This document shows, in pieces, positions 1 to 14,706 of a stretch of 64,000 nucleotides of DNA. Both the position numbers and the translations under genes were made by a program. Within the stretch, counting starts at the first letter, position 1. The number at the start of each line of letters is the position of its first letter. The notes below the pieces were generated by a model. The model made no database searches, had not been told where the DNA came from, and was given only the letters and a program-made list of their open reading frames with translations. This stretch comes from Eledone cirrhosa (taxonomy: Eukaryota), in contig OZ024743.1 of NCBI GenBank assembly GCA_964016885.1, forward strand, positions 55,862,001 through 55,926,000, in the 5' to 3' direction.

Positions 1-219
1 AAGAATCTCATTGAGTTATATTACATAATAGAGGTCGAATGTGTGAATGAAAAGGAGGATAAACATTGGTGAGCATGAGTGTGAGGGAGCACAGAGAGAG
101 AGACAGAGAGAACAAGGAGTAAGTGAATGAGTGAATGATGATAATGTAATGATAGGTGTGGTGGTGGGAGGAGTGAAATTAGAAAAGAGAGGACAGGAAT
201 TGAGTGAATGAATGAATAA

Positions 220-463
220 GTAAAAGATTAGAAATAGAGAGAAGGAGATGGAAAGAGAGTTGGGTAGAGAACTGGGGAGGAGGAAAGATAGAGAATAAAC
301 AGGGACGAGTGAGTGAAAGATGAGAAAATAATGAGAGAGGGAAGCAATAGAGAGAAGGGGGAGAGGTTTAGGAAAAGAGAGACCAAGAAGAGACGAGTGA
401 GTGAGTGAAAGATGAGAAAGTAGTGGGGGGGAGTGAGAGAGAAAGAAAGAAAGAAAGAAAGAC

Positions 464-494
<31 letters not shown>

Positions 495-691
495 ACAGAG
501 AGAGGAAGAAAGAGAGGGAGAGAGAGAGAGAGAAAGAAAGACAGAGAGAAGAAGGAAGAGAAAGAGAGAGAAAGAAAAGAGAGAGAGAAACAGAGAAAGA
601 AAGAGAGAAAGAGAGAAAGATTGCGAGAAATAGAAAGAGAAAAAAAAAGAAAGACAGAGATACAAAGAGAGAAAGAAAGCGAGAAAGAGAA

Positions 692-722
<31 letters not shown>

Positions 723-800
723 AAGATAAAAATTACGAGAGAATGAAAGAGAGGGAGAAAGAGAAAGAGCGAGAGGGAAATAAATAAAGAGAGAGAGAAC
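220..800. repeat. GA/GAAA purine-rich simple repeat
   Basis: Runs of gaga/gaaa; the ORFs here are low-complexity E/R/K or L/S/F artefacts. Confidence 0.9.
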
Positions 801-984
801 GTGAGTTAGATTGATTGATTTTTTTTCCACCCTAAATCGAGTGACCCCTATTTATGAGGGTATGAATGGGTTTCTGACATTGATATATATCTATATAACC
901 TTTAACTCTTACTATCTTTACAGGGTGACACTTTTGGACAGCTTTACCGACATTTATTTACCACATCCAGCCAGCCCACCATAA

Positions 985-3900
985 CACTACACAACAACAC
1001 TACATCACAACACTACATCACACTACAACACTACACCACAACACTACACTATATCACAACATTACATCACGCTACAACACTACACCACACCACAACACTA
1101 CACCACAACACTACACCACAACACTAAACCATACCACAACACTACATTACACCACAACACTACACCACAAAGCTGAACCACACGACACCACTACATCACA
1201 CCACAACACTACACCACACCACATCACACCACAACGCTACATCACATCCAACACTACATCACACCATACCACACCACACCACACTACACCACAACACTAC
1301 ACAACAACACTACACCACAACACTACACTACACCACACCACAACACTACACCACACCACAACACTACACCACAACACTACATTACACCACAACACTACAT
1401 CACACCACAGCACTACACTACACCACAACACTACACCACAAGACTACGCCACACCACAACACTACACCACACCACAACACTACACTACACCACAACACTA
1501 CACCACACTACAACACTACATCACATAACAACACTACACCACACCACAACACTACATCACAACACTATACCACAACACTACACCACACCACAACACTACA
1601 CTACATCAAAACACTACACCACACCACAGCACTACACCACATTACAACAGTACACCACAACACTACACCACACCACAACACTACACTACATCACACCACA
1701 ACACTACACCACACCCCACTACACTACATCAAAATACTACATCACACCACAACACTACACCACATTACAACACTACACCACAACACTACACCACACCACA
1801 ACACTACACCACAACACTACAACACATTACAACAGTACACCACAACACTACACATCAACACCACACCACACTACACAACAACACTACATCACAACACTAC
1901 ATCACACTACAACACTACACCACAACACTACACTATATCACAACAGTACATCACGCTACAACACTACACCACACCACAACACTACACCACAACACTACAC
2001 CACAACACTAAACCATACCACAACACTACATTACACCACAACACTACACCACAAAGCTGAACCACACGACACCACTACATCACACCACAACACTACACCA
2101 CATCACACCACAACGCTACATCACATCCAAAACTACATCACACCATACCACACCACACCACACTACACCACAACACTACACAACAACACTACACCACAAC
2201 ACTACACTACACCACAACACTACACCACAACACTACATTACACCACAACACTACACCACACCACAACACTACATCACACCACAACACTACACTACACCAC
2301 AACACTACACCACAAGACTACGCCACACCACAACACTACACCACACCACAACACTACACTACACCACAACACTACACCACACTACAACACTACATCACAT
2401 AACAACACTACACCACACCACAACACTACACCACAACACTATACCACAACACTACACCACACCACAACACTACACTACATCAAAACACTACACCACACCA
2501 CAGAACTACACCACATTACAACAGTACACCACAACACTACACCACACCACAACACTACACTACATCACACCACAACACTACACCACACCCCACTACACTA
2601 CATCAAAATACTACATCACACCACAACACTACACCACATTACAACACTACACCACAACACTACACCACACCACAACACTACACCACAACACTACAACACA
2701 TTACAACAGTACACCACAACACTACACATCAACACCACACCACACCACACTACACCACAACACTACGTCACACCACAACACTACACCACAACACTACACC
2801 ACAACACCACACCACACTACACCACAACACTACGTCACACCACAACACTACACCACACCACAACACTACACAACATCAAAACACGACATCACACCACAAC
2901 ACTACACCACATCCAACACTACACCACAACACTACACTACAACACTACACCACAACACTACACCAAACCACAACACTACACCACATTACAACATTACACC
3001 ACAACACTACACCACACTACAACACTAAACTACATCACACCACAACGCTACAACACACCACAACACTACACTACTTCACAACACAACATTACACCACATT
3101 ACAACACTACACCACAACACTACACCACATCACTACACCACATCACTACACCATACCACAACACCACACCACACCACAACACTACACTACACCACAACAC
3201 TACACCACACCACAACACTACACCACACCACAACACTACACCACAACACTACACCACACCACAACACTACACCATACCACAACACTACACCACAACACTA
3301 CATTACACCACAACACTACACCACAACACTACACCACAACACTACACCACACCACCACACTACACCACAACACTACACCACATCACAACACTACACCACA
3401 CCACAACACTACACCACAACACTACACCACACCACAACACTACACCACACCACAACACTACACTACACCACAACACTACACCACACTACAACACTACATC
3501 ACATAACAACACTACACCACACCACAACACTACACCACAACACTATATCACAACACTACACCACACCACAACACTATACTACATCAAAACACTACACCAC
3601 ACCACAGCACTACACCACATTACAACAGTACACCACAACACTACACCACACCACAACACTACACTACATCACACCACAACACTACACCACACCCCACTAC
3701 ACTACATCAAAACACTACATCACACCACAACACTACACCACATTACAACACTACACCACAACACTACACCACACCACAACACTACACCACAACACTACAA
3801 CACATTACAACAGTACACCACAACACTACACCACAACACTACACATCAACACCATACCACAACATAACACACCACACCACAACACTACACCACAACACTA

Positions 3901-4730
3901 CACCACACCACAACACTACACCACACCACAACACTACACCACACCACAACACTACACCATACCACAACACAACACACCACAACACTACACCACAACACTA
4001 CACCACACCACAACACTACACCACACCACAACACTACACCACACCACAACACTACACCATACCACAACACGAAACACCACACCACAACACTACACCCCAC
4101 AACACTACACCACACCACACGACATCACACTACACCACATCACACCACAACATTAAACTACATCGCAATACCACACCACAACACTACACCACATCACAAC
4201 ACCACAACCAACACTACACCAAACCACAACGCTTCACCACACCACAACACTAGACCACATCACATCACACCACATCACACCACAACACAACACTACACCA
4301 CACCACACCATATCACATCACAACACACCACACCATAGCACAACGCTGCACCCCTACCACACAGCAACACCACACCACAGCAACACCACACCACACAACA
4401 CCACAACACCACAACACCACACAGCAACATCACACCACACCACAACAATACGCCACAACGCCACAACACCACAACACACCGCAACAACACATCACAACCC
4501 CACATCACACCGCACCACATCACATCACACCACATCACACCACATCACAACACTACACCACATTACAACACTACACCACACCACAGCACCACAACACCAC
4601 ACCACATCACAGCACACCACACCATAGAATACATATCACATCACACCACACATTTCACACATATACCATAAACCACATATTTCACACACACACATCACAT
4701 GCCAGACACATCCACCACACACACACATAT
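985..4730. repeat. CACAACACTACAC-type degenerate satellite with internal ~0.88-kb tandem duplication
   Basis: Units such as caacactacaccacac. Rare variants (acaaagctgaaccacacgac, acaagactacgcc) recur at ~1168/~2051 and ~1438/~2311. Confidence 0.9.
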
Positions 4731-4974
4731 ATATTCTCACAAGAGCGCGCTAATAGACCATACACATACATACACCATACACATATACCGCACACATACA
4801 CCATGGTGATGATGATAACCAGCAACAGTAACATCAACATCATCATCATCATGGGGATGCTGCTGCGTACTGATGATGATAGTGGAGATGGTGGTGTTGG
4901 TGGTGTTGGTAATGATAACGATGATGGGGGTGATGGTGAAGATGGTAGTAATGATGATGGCGATATAGTAACAA

Positions 4975-5500
4975 ACTGAGGTAGATTTAATCGACTTATT
5001 TCTTCCTTTCAAATTGCTGGCCTTGTGCCTAAATCAGAAACCATTATTATTGGGGTCGAACAAATAAAGTACCAGTAACGCACTGGGGTCGATTTAATGA
5101 ACTTTTCCTTCTACCCAAATTGTTGCTCTTGTTCTTAAATCAGAAATCATTATTATTATAGTTACGTCCCTTTACGATCTGAGTTCAAATCCTGCCGAGG
5201 TTGACTTTGCCTTTCATCCTTACGAGGTCGATAAAATAAAGTACCAGTAATGCACTGGATAATTGCTGGCCTTGTGCCTAAAGTAGAAACAATTATTATT
5301 AGTATGGCGGTGGATTGGCAGTATCGGTAGAGGGTAGGACGCCATGCTTTGATGCATAGAGTTACGGCCCTTGCCATTCTGAGTTCAAATCCCGCCGAGG
5401 TTAACTTTACCTTCCATCCTTACGGGGTCGATAAAATAAAGTACCAGTAATGAACTGAGTAATTGCTGGCCTTGTGCCAAAAGTAGAAACAATTATTATT
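4975..5500 (+). mobile_element. Cluster of tRNA-derived SINE copies
   Basis: Box-B-like gagttcaaatccc followed by ttgcctttcatccttacggggtcgataaaataaagtaccagt. The same family recurs at ~14460, 18355, 20250-20830, 21620, 34390, 59375 and 63295. Confidence 0.8.
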
Positions 5501-5985
5501 AGTGTGTCGGAGTTAATAGTAATTAATAACCATTTAAGGACATTCTAGATTCTCTAGAAATGATCTGAAGTATGAAAAGAACCGTCACTTTTCCCTCTTC
5601 TCCCACAATCATCTACATCTCTACCTTCAGGCTATGCAATAATGATTCCTCTTCACACATCTTCAGATCCGAGTAAGCTCAATACAAACTGCTTGAGAAA
5701 ACAATGTCAACAATGTGTGAGTGCGTGTGTGCATGTGTGCGTGTGCGTACGTATATATATGCTTAGGGTGTTTAAGTTTGTGTAACTTGGCGTTTCGTCT
5801 TAAATACCAGACTATAAATTAAATACCAGACATGAACTGTTTCATTCGTACAGGGCCAGAACTGTTTCATTCGTATGAAATAATCCGAATGAAATAATTC
5901 TACTCATGTAGGAGCCAGCCTCCTACCTTAATGGTCGCTATATTTATGGTACGTCAAAATTATTTATAAAACTGGTTATATATTG

Positions 5986-6051
5986 TATTTTATCTGACGA
6001 AGGCATGCCATATTTTTAATATGGTATCCCTGAAATATGTATAATGAAATA
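5986..6051 (+). ncRNA. Minimal type I hammerhead ribozyme (family A)
   Basis: tattttat-CTGACGA-stem II (agg/cct, atgccatatt/aatatggtat)-GAAA-tatgta-TA-atgaaata; stem I pairs over 8 bp with one G.U. Confidence 0.75.
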
Positions 6052-6091
6052 AATATGGTTTTATAAATATAGTTTCCATTTGTTTAATATC

Positions 6092-6135
<44 letters not shown>

Positions 6136-7434
6136 ATATATATATATATTATTATAAAGTGAGGTTTTTTTACAAAATGAAAAATAACCGAGGTGTCCTA
6201 CACGAGTGAAAGTATAAAGAAAAAAAGATGAAATCGAAAATGCAACTGGAGTCTTACTTTTAAAAATATATATATACTTATTTGGTTCCTTTACCGGTTT
6301 CGCAGTTCTTCTGCTTTTCAAAAGTAGAGTTGAGATGGAGGGTCTGTGGTTTTTCTCACATCTGGTTGATCTTTGAATGTTACTTGTTTTATATGGGAAA
6401 AAGTGGCTCGAAACGCCAGGTTTTTAGAGAAGTAATTTGATTGGTTGGTGAATAAGTATAATAAATTTCGCGCCAGTTCGCGTTACAAAGTTCTTCAAAC
6501 AGGGGAAGGGGGGGGGGGGGGGGGCTCAGGTTGTTCTTTCATATATGAGTGAAGTTTGGTTGGTTGATGCAGTCACGTGAATAAGCACATCAGCTTTCGC
6601 GCCAGTTTGTTTGAATTTCTTTTTACTTAAAAAACGAAGGGTTTTTTTTTATAAATGTAATTTGATTGGTTATAAATGAAATTATGACTGTCACGTGAAC
6701 AAGTTCATTAAATTTCGCGCCCGTATTTGGGAATTTATTTTGTAGCCTTTTAGAGAATTTTATGACAAACAAAAGATAATGGTCAAGAAAAATGGGATGG
6801 GAGAATTGTTCTGGTTCAGTGAATATGGCTGGTTCACTGGTGTGTCAGAATTCAGACTTTCTATTGAAATAAAGAAAGTAGAGATATGTATGTTTATTTG
6901 TGTGGTTGTGTGTGTGTGTGTGTGTAGGAAGATGATTTTATTAGTAGAAATGGGGAGGGAGTTGTGCGTATGTGTGTGTATGGGTGTTATGTGTGTGTGG
7001 GGGGAGTATGTTAAGATGGAGAGAATATATATATTTTGTGTGTATGTATGTGTGTAGGAAAGTGATTCTATTAGTAGAAATGGGAGAGGGAGTTGTGTGT
7101 GTGGGGGGGGGGGGGATATGTGTGTGTATGGGTGTTATGTGTGTGTGGGAGTATGGTTAACATGTTAAGATGAAGAGAATATATATTTTGTATGTGTGTG
7201 TGTGTGTTTGTGTGTGTGTGGGTGTGTAGGAAAATGATTCCGTTAGTAGAAATATTTTTGAATGAACATACTTTCCTTATTTATTCGTATTTGTTTAGTT
7301 GTATTGTCAGCGCAAACGTATGTTAAGGTTTATTTAGTTCGGGTTTTTATTTTCTAAAGTAGAATGTGTTATGTGTGTGTGTATGTGTCTGTTTGAATGG
7401 TTAGCATGTTATGGTGTTGACATAATGTATATTA

Positions 7435-9220
7435 AACCATATTTAATGCTGGTCTATATTTTTGAATAAACATATTTTCCTCATTTATTCGTATTTGTTC
7501 TGTTGTATTGTCAGCGCAAAGGTAAAATGGGAAGACTTGGAATTTGGGTGTCTTATTACTTGCGCATATGTCTAGATGTGTACTTAGTGGTATCTGTCTC
7601 GTCGTTGGATCTCGTAATTGTTGGCGATGAACTGTCATTCTGTTTCTGAGTGTGAGTTTAGTTTGTCCTATATAATCTTCATTGCATCCTTTACATTTAA
7701 TGGCATAAAGTAGATTTTTTGATGAGCAAGTGAAGTGATTTTTTACAGCAAAATTTTGTCCTGATTGAAATGTATACGTGTTGCCTTCAATGAGGTGAGT
7801 GCAGGTTCCACAATTAGAGCGACCACATTTTTTGATAGTTGGTTGTGGGTTTGTGGTAGGTAATTTGGCATGGTGAGTAATGTTTTCAGTGATTTCGGTT
7901 GTCTTTTGCTTTTGATTATTTTGTGTGTTTCAAGGGCTTTTTTCATTCTTGGGTCTTGTTTCAATAGTGGGATGTTCTTGTGAATAGTGTTGTAAGCTTC
8001 CGCATTTCTTGGGTTGTGTGTTTAGATATATGAAAGAATATTGGACGTACCTTGAATTTGTTTCTGTTTTCGTAATTCATCAATGCCTATTGCTTTAGCC
8101 CTTTCTATTCCATTATTTATTAGTAATGGTGGGCACTGTCTTTCGAGTAGAATTTCCTTTAATTCTTGAAGTCATTTATTTCGCGTTTCATAATTGGAGA
8201 CAATTGTGCAAATTCTTCTTGCTAAATTAAAAGGAATGTTCGTCTTCGTGTGCTTTGGATGGTTGGAGGTGAATAGCAGGTATTGTTTGGAATCTGTTGG
8301 TTTGTAGTGTATGTCAGTTTCAATATTTGTCTCTTTTTTTTAAGATTAAGATGTCCAGAAATGGGAGTTGATCTTGGCTGTATTCCATTCTGAATTGGAT
8401 GTGGTTATTGATGCCGTTAATTAAATTTTTGAAATCATTCAGTTGGTCGACTGTGTGGGACCAAAGAATGAGACAATCATCCAAGTAGCGTTTCCAATTC
8501 TCTGATAAATATTTGTGGAAGTTCAATCCGTATTTTGATTTGGACTGTTCATATATCTGGACTTCTAAGTATGCCATGACTAAGTTGGCATAAGTTGGAG
8601 CGGCTTTTGTACCCATCGCAGTCCCCGATATTTGCTTGTAAGTACTGCCATCGAAATCAAAAAAGTTGGTTTGTAAGATAAATTTTAATCCCTCGGTGAT
8701 GAAGCTTTTTTCTATTCTGCCAGGTATCTCATTGGGATATTTCTCTAGCCAGAATCCTATTGCTTCTAGTCCGTATTGGTGTGGGATCGTTGTGTAGAGA
8801 TTCACTATATTGAAAGACACAATAATAGTGTCGTTGTTGACATGTTTGGGGAGGTGGTTTAAGAGGTCCAGATCGTCTCTTACAAGGCTTGGTATGTGTT
8901 TGAGAATTGACTTTAGTAGTATGTCTATAAAATTGCTCAGTGTGTGTGTTTCACATTGTGGGCCCGCTACAATTGGTCTTAATTTAAGGTCTGTGGGGTA
9001 TTGTGTGTTCACGCAGGCTGAGGTGGATTATTTACAGGCATCCTTACTTATTTTACACATTTGGATCTTCGGAAGTCTGTAAAGGTTGCTGGTTTTGTAT
9101 TCAAAATGTGTTAAATAATCGCGTTCCTTTTTAGTTAAGTCTTCCTGGTATCGACAAATCAGTGTGTTTAATCTGGTCATTGGTTTTGATTGCTGGTAGT
9201 TTTGTACTCTTTCATAGTAA
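7435..9220 (-). pseudogene. PLE reverse transcriptase and GIY-YIG endonuclease, frameshifted
   Basis: Motifs LPKI, LRPIVAG, NLYTTIP, GTAMG..AP.YANLVM, WKRYLDD, LPFLDI; C-terminal HRQQ..H and E..FIQKYRPALN. Split across several ORFs. Confidence 0.9.
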
Positions 9221-9386
9221 TTAGTAACGCGAACTGGCGCGAAATTTATTATACTTATTGACCAACCAATCAAATTACTTCTCTAAAAACCTGGCGTTTC
9301 GAGCCACTTTTTTTCCATATAAAACAAGTAACATTCAAAGACCAACCAGATGTGAGAAAAACCACAGACCCTCCATCTCAACTCTA

Positions 9387-9422
9387 CTTTTGAAAAGCAG
9401 AAGAACTGCGAAACCGGTAAAG
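9387..9422 (+). ncRNA. Hammerhead variant with U3-A8 core in PLE pseudo-LTR (inverted copy at ~6290-6325, minus strand)
   Basis: ctt-TTGAAAA-gcag aagaa ctgc-GAAA-ccgg-TA-aag. Confidence 0.6.
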
Positions 9423-9485
9423 GAACCAAATAAATATATATATATATTTTTTTAAATAAGACTCCAATTGCATTTTCGATTTCAT

Positions 9486-9520
<35 letters not shown>

Positions 9521-9707
9521 CAATATCAATAAATAGAAAATATCTTTATAATACCATATTTTATTTAATAAGGATATTTTCCATTTATTATTATTGTTAA
9601 TATTAATAATACTCCAGATAATTGTAGAGTGCTTCAATTCTGTTATACAATTAACACTAGTGGATAATAATCAACAAACCATATAACTCTTTGTTTATAT
9701 ATATATA

Positions 9708-10172
9708 TGTAGCGAAATCTGTCCACACCTTGAAACCTGGGTGACACAGAAAGGTCAAATTCTGGGTCACCTCCTTTTCGGCGTAAACAAAGTAATGCGT
9801 GAGTGATCCCTCGAGGCGGGAAACAGAAAACGACAGGTATAAATAGCCTACACCAGACCAAGCAACTGGCAGATCGGAGCAGTACACGAGAGAATATCTA
9901 TGCAAGACCTCTAACTACAGACCTGGAGGTCTACAGACTGCTACAGACCTTTACTCTCTCTCTCTCCTAGTCTACGGTCTTCTCACCTTCTCTGGCCACA
10001 AACTACACCAGCATCATGAAGCAACGTCAAAAACATCTTCAACCGTTATAACTCTTAGTAAAATATTCTTTGTTCATTTATGAAGCGAAGTGAAGTAAAT
10101 CTTTTATGTCAAAAGTAAACCAGCTATTCGTGTTATTTCTTCTAATGATAACTACTAACCAGCTTCGCTTCA
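9708..10172 (+). mobile_element. Probable solo LTR inserted in (TA)n
   Basis: TG...CA ends with short inverted termini tgtagcgaa/ttcgcttca, internal TATA-like gtataaatag (~9837), 465 bp, TA repeats on both sides. Confidence 0.5.
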
Positions 10173-10224
<52 letters not shown>

Positions 10225-11794
10225 AATTCATTATATTAAAAAGGGAGTCTTGTTTTTCTGCAGTTTCGCCTGTTTATCACAGGGTCATCAGACAAGACCT
10301 GGAGAGGGATGGGCTCGCTAGAAACGCCACTACGGTGCCCCTACGACTCTATCAGAAGTTACGAGACCATTAAGTGTATAACATGGCTCGCACTTTAAAT
10401 TACAGGTACAACTAATTTTTTGCCGAACATGCCTAACCACTAAGACCCGTGCCTTCACAATATCAGCTGTAGCTATGAAAGGAGCCTGCAAATGTTTGAT
10501 CCGCCCACTAGAAATAGCAGCCAAAATATTCCTTACGAGAGGCGCAGGCATGGCTGTGTTGATAAGAAGTTTGCTTCACAACATCACATTCTTACAATCA
10601 CATGTGAAAGCGTATTGCTTTGAGGCTTAATTAGTCATTTTTTTTTGTCAAATGAAACCGTACTGTATAAGAAAATGTTTGTAGGTAAAATTATTTTTCT
10701 TTTAAAATGTATTTTTGTTTGCAATGCTTACTTTTAATGTACTCTCCATAATTATACCTTTTTATCAACAGAACAACCTGCTCATGAAATACACGTGTAT
10801 CTTTAACACAGTTCTCAGGGAGATTCAGCCTAACACAGTTTGTGGCAAGACCGACCCTTTGCATTACAGATTCAACTCATTTTATTTCCCCACTGTAGTT
10901 ACTTTGGGCTCCCAAATAATATGGGCCTCCCAAATAATAGCGGCCAAATAAACAGGTGTGGGAGAAATCGGTAATTTGTCTAGGTTGTCTCCGTTGGTTT
11001 AAAAAAACAACAACAGAATTAGTCGTTTAGTTTACATATTGAGACCCCAACCCATCCTATTTATTTCATAACGTATGCGATTCATAGTAATGTACTTTTT
11101 TTTGTCATGTATAAAGTTTTTTTAATGTATGATATAAAGAAAATTAATTGCTGCAGAATGCAACCACTTAAAATATAATTTCACCGGAGAAAGATTAGCA
11201 AAATTTGATAAGCTTGAGGAAGGGTTGGAATAAAAAAAGGGAGATTGGAAAAATTCTGGAAAATTAATAAGCGATGTAGAGTGCGATTATTCGAGTCCCG
11301 AGAGTATGTGAAATAAAATGTCTTGCTCAAGGGTACAACCTCCCCATTGGGAGCCGAACATCCAACGTTACGGTCTTCTCGTGAAATTAACGTAATTTTC
11401 AGGGAGGGGGGGGATTCAACGAGACATGGTGTATGACAAACAGAACGCGAAATAAAGTATCTAGATCAAGGTTACAAAACGTTATGGTGAATTAAATATA
11501 TTGCTGTTATTGTTATTTCTGGTGCTGCTGTTGTTTTTATTGATATACATACTTGTTTGTCGCTGTTTGTTTGTTTCTTTATTGCTGTTGTTGTTGTTGC
11601 TGTTGTTGCTGCAGTCACACTAAGGACTGGAACCCCACACCATTCTACCACACGACATTCCAGCTAATTACAAAACGTGCCAGTGAATGCCGCCATATTG
11701 TCTAGACTAGAAACAGACGTAACTAGCAACATTTTGTTATTTTACCCTTCCTAGTACACTATTATATTTACTGCAGCCATTATTTCTCTCCCGC

Positions 11795-12351
11795 CAAGCC
11801 ACCACCACCACAACCATCACCACCACCATCGCCAACATCACCAACACCACCACCACAACCACCACACCCACCACCACTATCACCATCATCACCACCACCA
11901 CCATCACCACCACCATCACCAACATCACCAACACCAGCACCACAACCGCCATACCCACCACCACTATCACCACCACCATCACCAAAACAAACACCACTAC
12001 CTCCATCACCACCACTATAGCCACCACTACCACCACCACCACCACCATCACCACCACTACAGCCACCACTACCACCACCACCATCACCACCACCATCACC
12101 AACCACACCGCTACTATCACCACCATCATCATCACCATCACCAACACAATCACCAACACCACCATAACCATCACCAGCACCACCACCACAACCACCACCA
12201 TCACCACCAGCACCAGCACTACCACAACCACCACCATCACCAACACCACCACCACCACCACCACCACAACAACAACAACAACAATAAGCACCTCTGCTCT
12301 TGCTCCTCTTTTTCTTCCTTCTATTCTCTCCCATACTCTCTCTCTCTCTCC

Positions 12352-12413
<62 letters not shown>

Positions 12414-12750
12414 GCATTACCACAACCGTCATGCTCATCCCCATCCCCATCACAACTACCTACACCGCCATTACCACCATCACCATCATCATAACTATCA
12501 TCCACCACTAGCACCATCACCATTACCTACCATACCACCATCACCATCATCCACCACTACCACTATCACCATCACCACCACTACCACCATCACCCACCAC
12601 TACCACCATCACCATCATCCACCACTGCCACCACCACCATCACCATCGCCATCACCCACCACTACCACCATCATCATCACCATTACCCACCATACCACCA
12701 TCACCATCAACATCACAGACCACTACCACCCCCACCATCATCGTCGCCAT
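11795..12750. repeat. (CAC/CAT)n degenerate trinucleotide tract with embedded (CT)n
   Basis: Direct inspection. Confidence 0.9.
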
Positions 12751-13650
12751 TGTATTTTTGTTGTTGCTGTTGATGTTGTGTATCCGAAATATATGTCAAC
12801 TTTTTCAATTCATTTATCATTCATTCATTAAGGAGTAAATTAAAATATGCACCAGTAAGATACCAGGGGAACATAGTTGAGCACTAACTGCCAGCCTTGT
12901 GTTTTGCCAGAGACCTCATAATATTTCTTTTAAGACATTCTCATCCAATCAAATGATGGGTTCTGATTTAGACACAACACTAACAATTTTGGGGGCAGGG
13001 AAAGTCGATTAAATCGACACCAGTGTGTTACTGGTACTTTATTTTATCAGTCCCATAAGGATGAAAGGCAAAGATAACCAGAGATAACAATGGAAATGCT
13101 TTGAAAGGGCCAATCAAACTCGCAGGATTTATTATTGCGAGTGACCAGCTCCGTTCCGATAGCCGTGAGTAAGGAGATTTATTGCATTTACAGTCCTTTC
13201 CTCTACTTTCCTATACAACCAGATCTACCCTTCTTTACTATTTCCACCTTATCTTTTCATTACTTAATTTCATTTTTTTTTTTATATTTCCATCATTGTA
13301 CAACTGCTATTTATAAAATATAGTTGACATAATAAAACCATAGCTAAACAAAAAATGTTATCTATATAGAAAAGGGACTCGAAAATATTTATTCATTAGA
13401 AAGGAAAGAATTTCATGAAGAAAGCGTAGAGAATTGAACTTAGAACCCTTCGTTCAATTCTCGGACCGGGTGATGTGTTGTTTCCTTCAGCAAGACACTT
13501 TATTTCCCGTTGCTCCAGTTTACTCAGCTGTAGAAATGAGATGATAGGACTGGGGTCCCTATCATTAAATTACCCAAGACACCTCCAACGAGATATACCT
13601 TTGAGGAGGCCAGCTAAACCTGCATAGGTGTGAGCTGTCATACACACACA

Positions 13651-13705
<55 letters not shown>

Positions 13706-13716
13706 TTAATAGAGAA

Positions 13717-13950
13717 ATGGCTTCTACAGGAATAGAACTATTTGATTCGTTTGAAATCATCAGGAATGCCGGGTGACATAATAGTTAATATTGATATGAT
13801 TAATCCACTACTTGATATCTGTCCCTACAACTATGCCCAATACCACCCCACGATCACTATGAAACCTATAAACATCAACGACTTACTATGTTACCCGGTA
13901 TTCTTGATGATTTCATACGAATGAAACAGTTCTAGTCCTGTAGAAGACAT
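13717..13950. mobile_element. Fold-back element with inverted HHR pair
   Basis: Right arm ttc-TTGATGA-tttcatacgaat-GAAA-cag ttctagtc ctg-TA-gaa (13901-13945); reverse-complement copy at 13717-13770. Confidence 0.65.
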
Positions 13951-14126
13951 CTACATAAATATTGAAACTCTTACATACCTAATCACCAACATTTAGCTAG
14001 GGATATACTACTGACGGGAAGCTTAAAATGGATTGCTTAAAATGGTTTATCCTCTCAGCATTACAGCGTAACTTCCATGGGTAAGCACCTTCATTATCTG
14101 CACTATATATATATGTATATATATAT

Positions 14127-14325
14127 AACGAAGAAGGTGTGGTAAGGAACCGGGTGGACCATAACGCACCAGAGTACTCGACAATTATAGTAGTAGAGTG
14201 GGTAATAGGAAAACAGTCAGGACCCCGACGGCGAGATCCGAGTTCGATCAGCTAGATCCGAGTTCGGATCTAGCTGGTCGAAACGGCCGGAGCTCAGCCG
14301 TCGGGGTCCGGACTCTTTTCCAATA
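14127..14325. mobile_element. Family-B hairpin element in (TA)n
   Basis: aacgaagaaggtgtggtaaggaaccgggtggaccataacgcacc...gaccccgacggc / gccgtcggggtcc fold-back; same family at 30527, 44646, 46082, 62521, 62766. Confidence 0.75.
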
Positions 14326-14667
14326 TATATATACAGAGAGAGAGAGAGAGAGGGGGATAATAGATATAGATATAGTAACGTCAAGTAACTGTATGTTCAC
14401 CAAAGTGAGCACTCAATGCTTAGTCTCCAGTAGGCATATTGGTGTTCTACTAATCAGAGTTTAATAATAATTGTTTCTACTTTTGGCACAAGGCCAGAAA
14501 TTATCCCAGTGCATTACTGGTACTTTATTTTATCGACCTTGTAAGAATGAAAGGTAAAATTAACTTCGGCGGGAATTGAACTCAGTTCATAAAGGGCCGT
14601 CGAAGTTTGAAAGCCACGACAATGCGGGTTTGGAAGGAGAATAATTAAATCGTAAGAAACGAGGCTT

Positions 14668-14706
<39 letters not shown>

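Larger units (their letters stand above)
6225..9488 (-). mobile_element. 5'-truncated Penelope-like element with inverted pseudo-LTRs (6225-6486 / 9224-9488)
   Basis: ~265-bp inverted repeats enclose a minus-strand RT + GIY-YIG remnant; flanked by (TA)n. Confidence 0.9.

Noticed and set aside
5300-5400. tRNA genes
   Set aside because: Box A/B-like motifs belong to SINE heads; no cloverleaf could be formed.
10247-10298. Functional HHR on the minus strand
   Set aside because: Stems I and II and the CTGATGA/GAAA core are present, but the UH cleavage site is replaced by aaaa; treated as a decayed copy.
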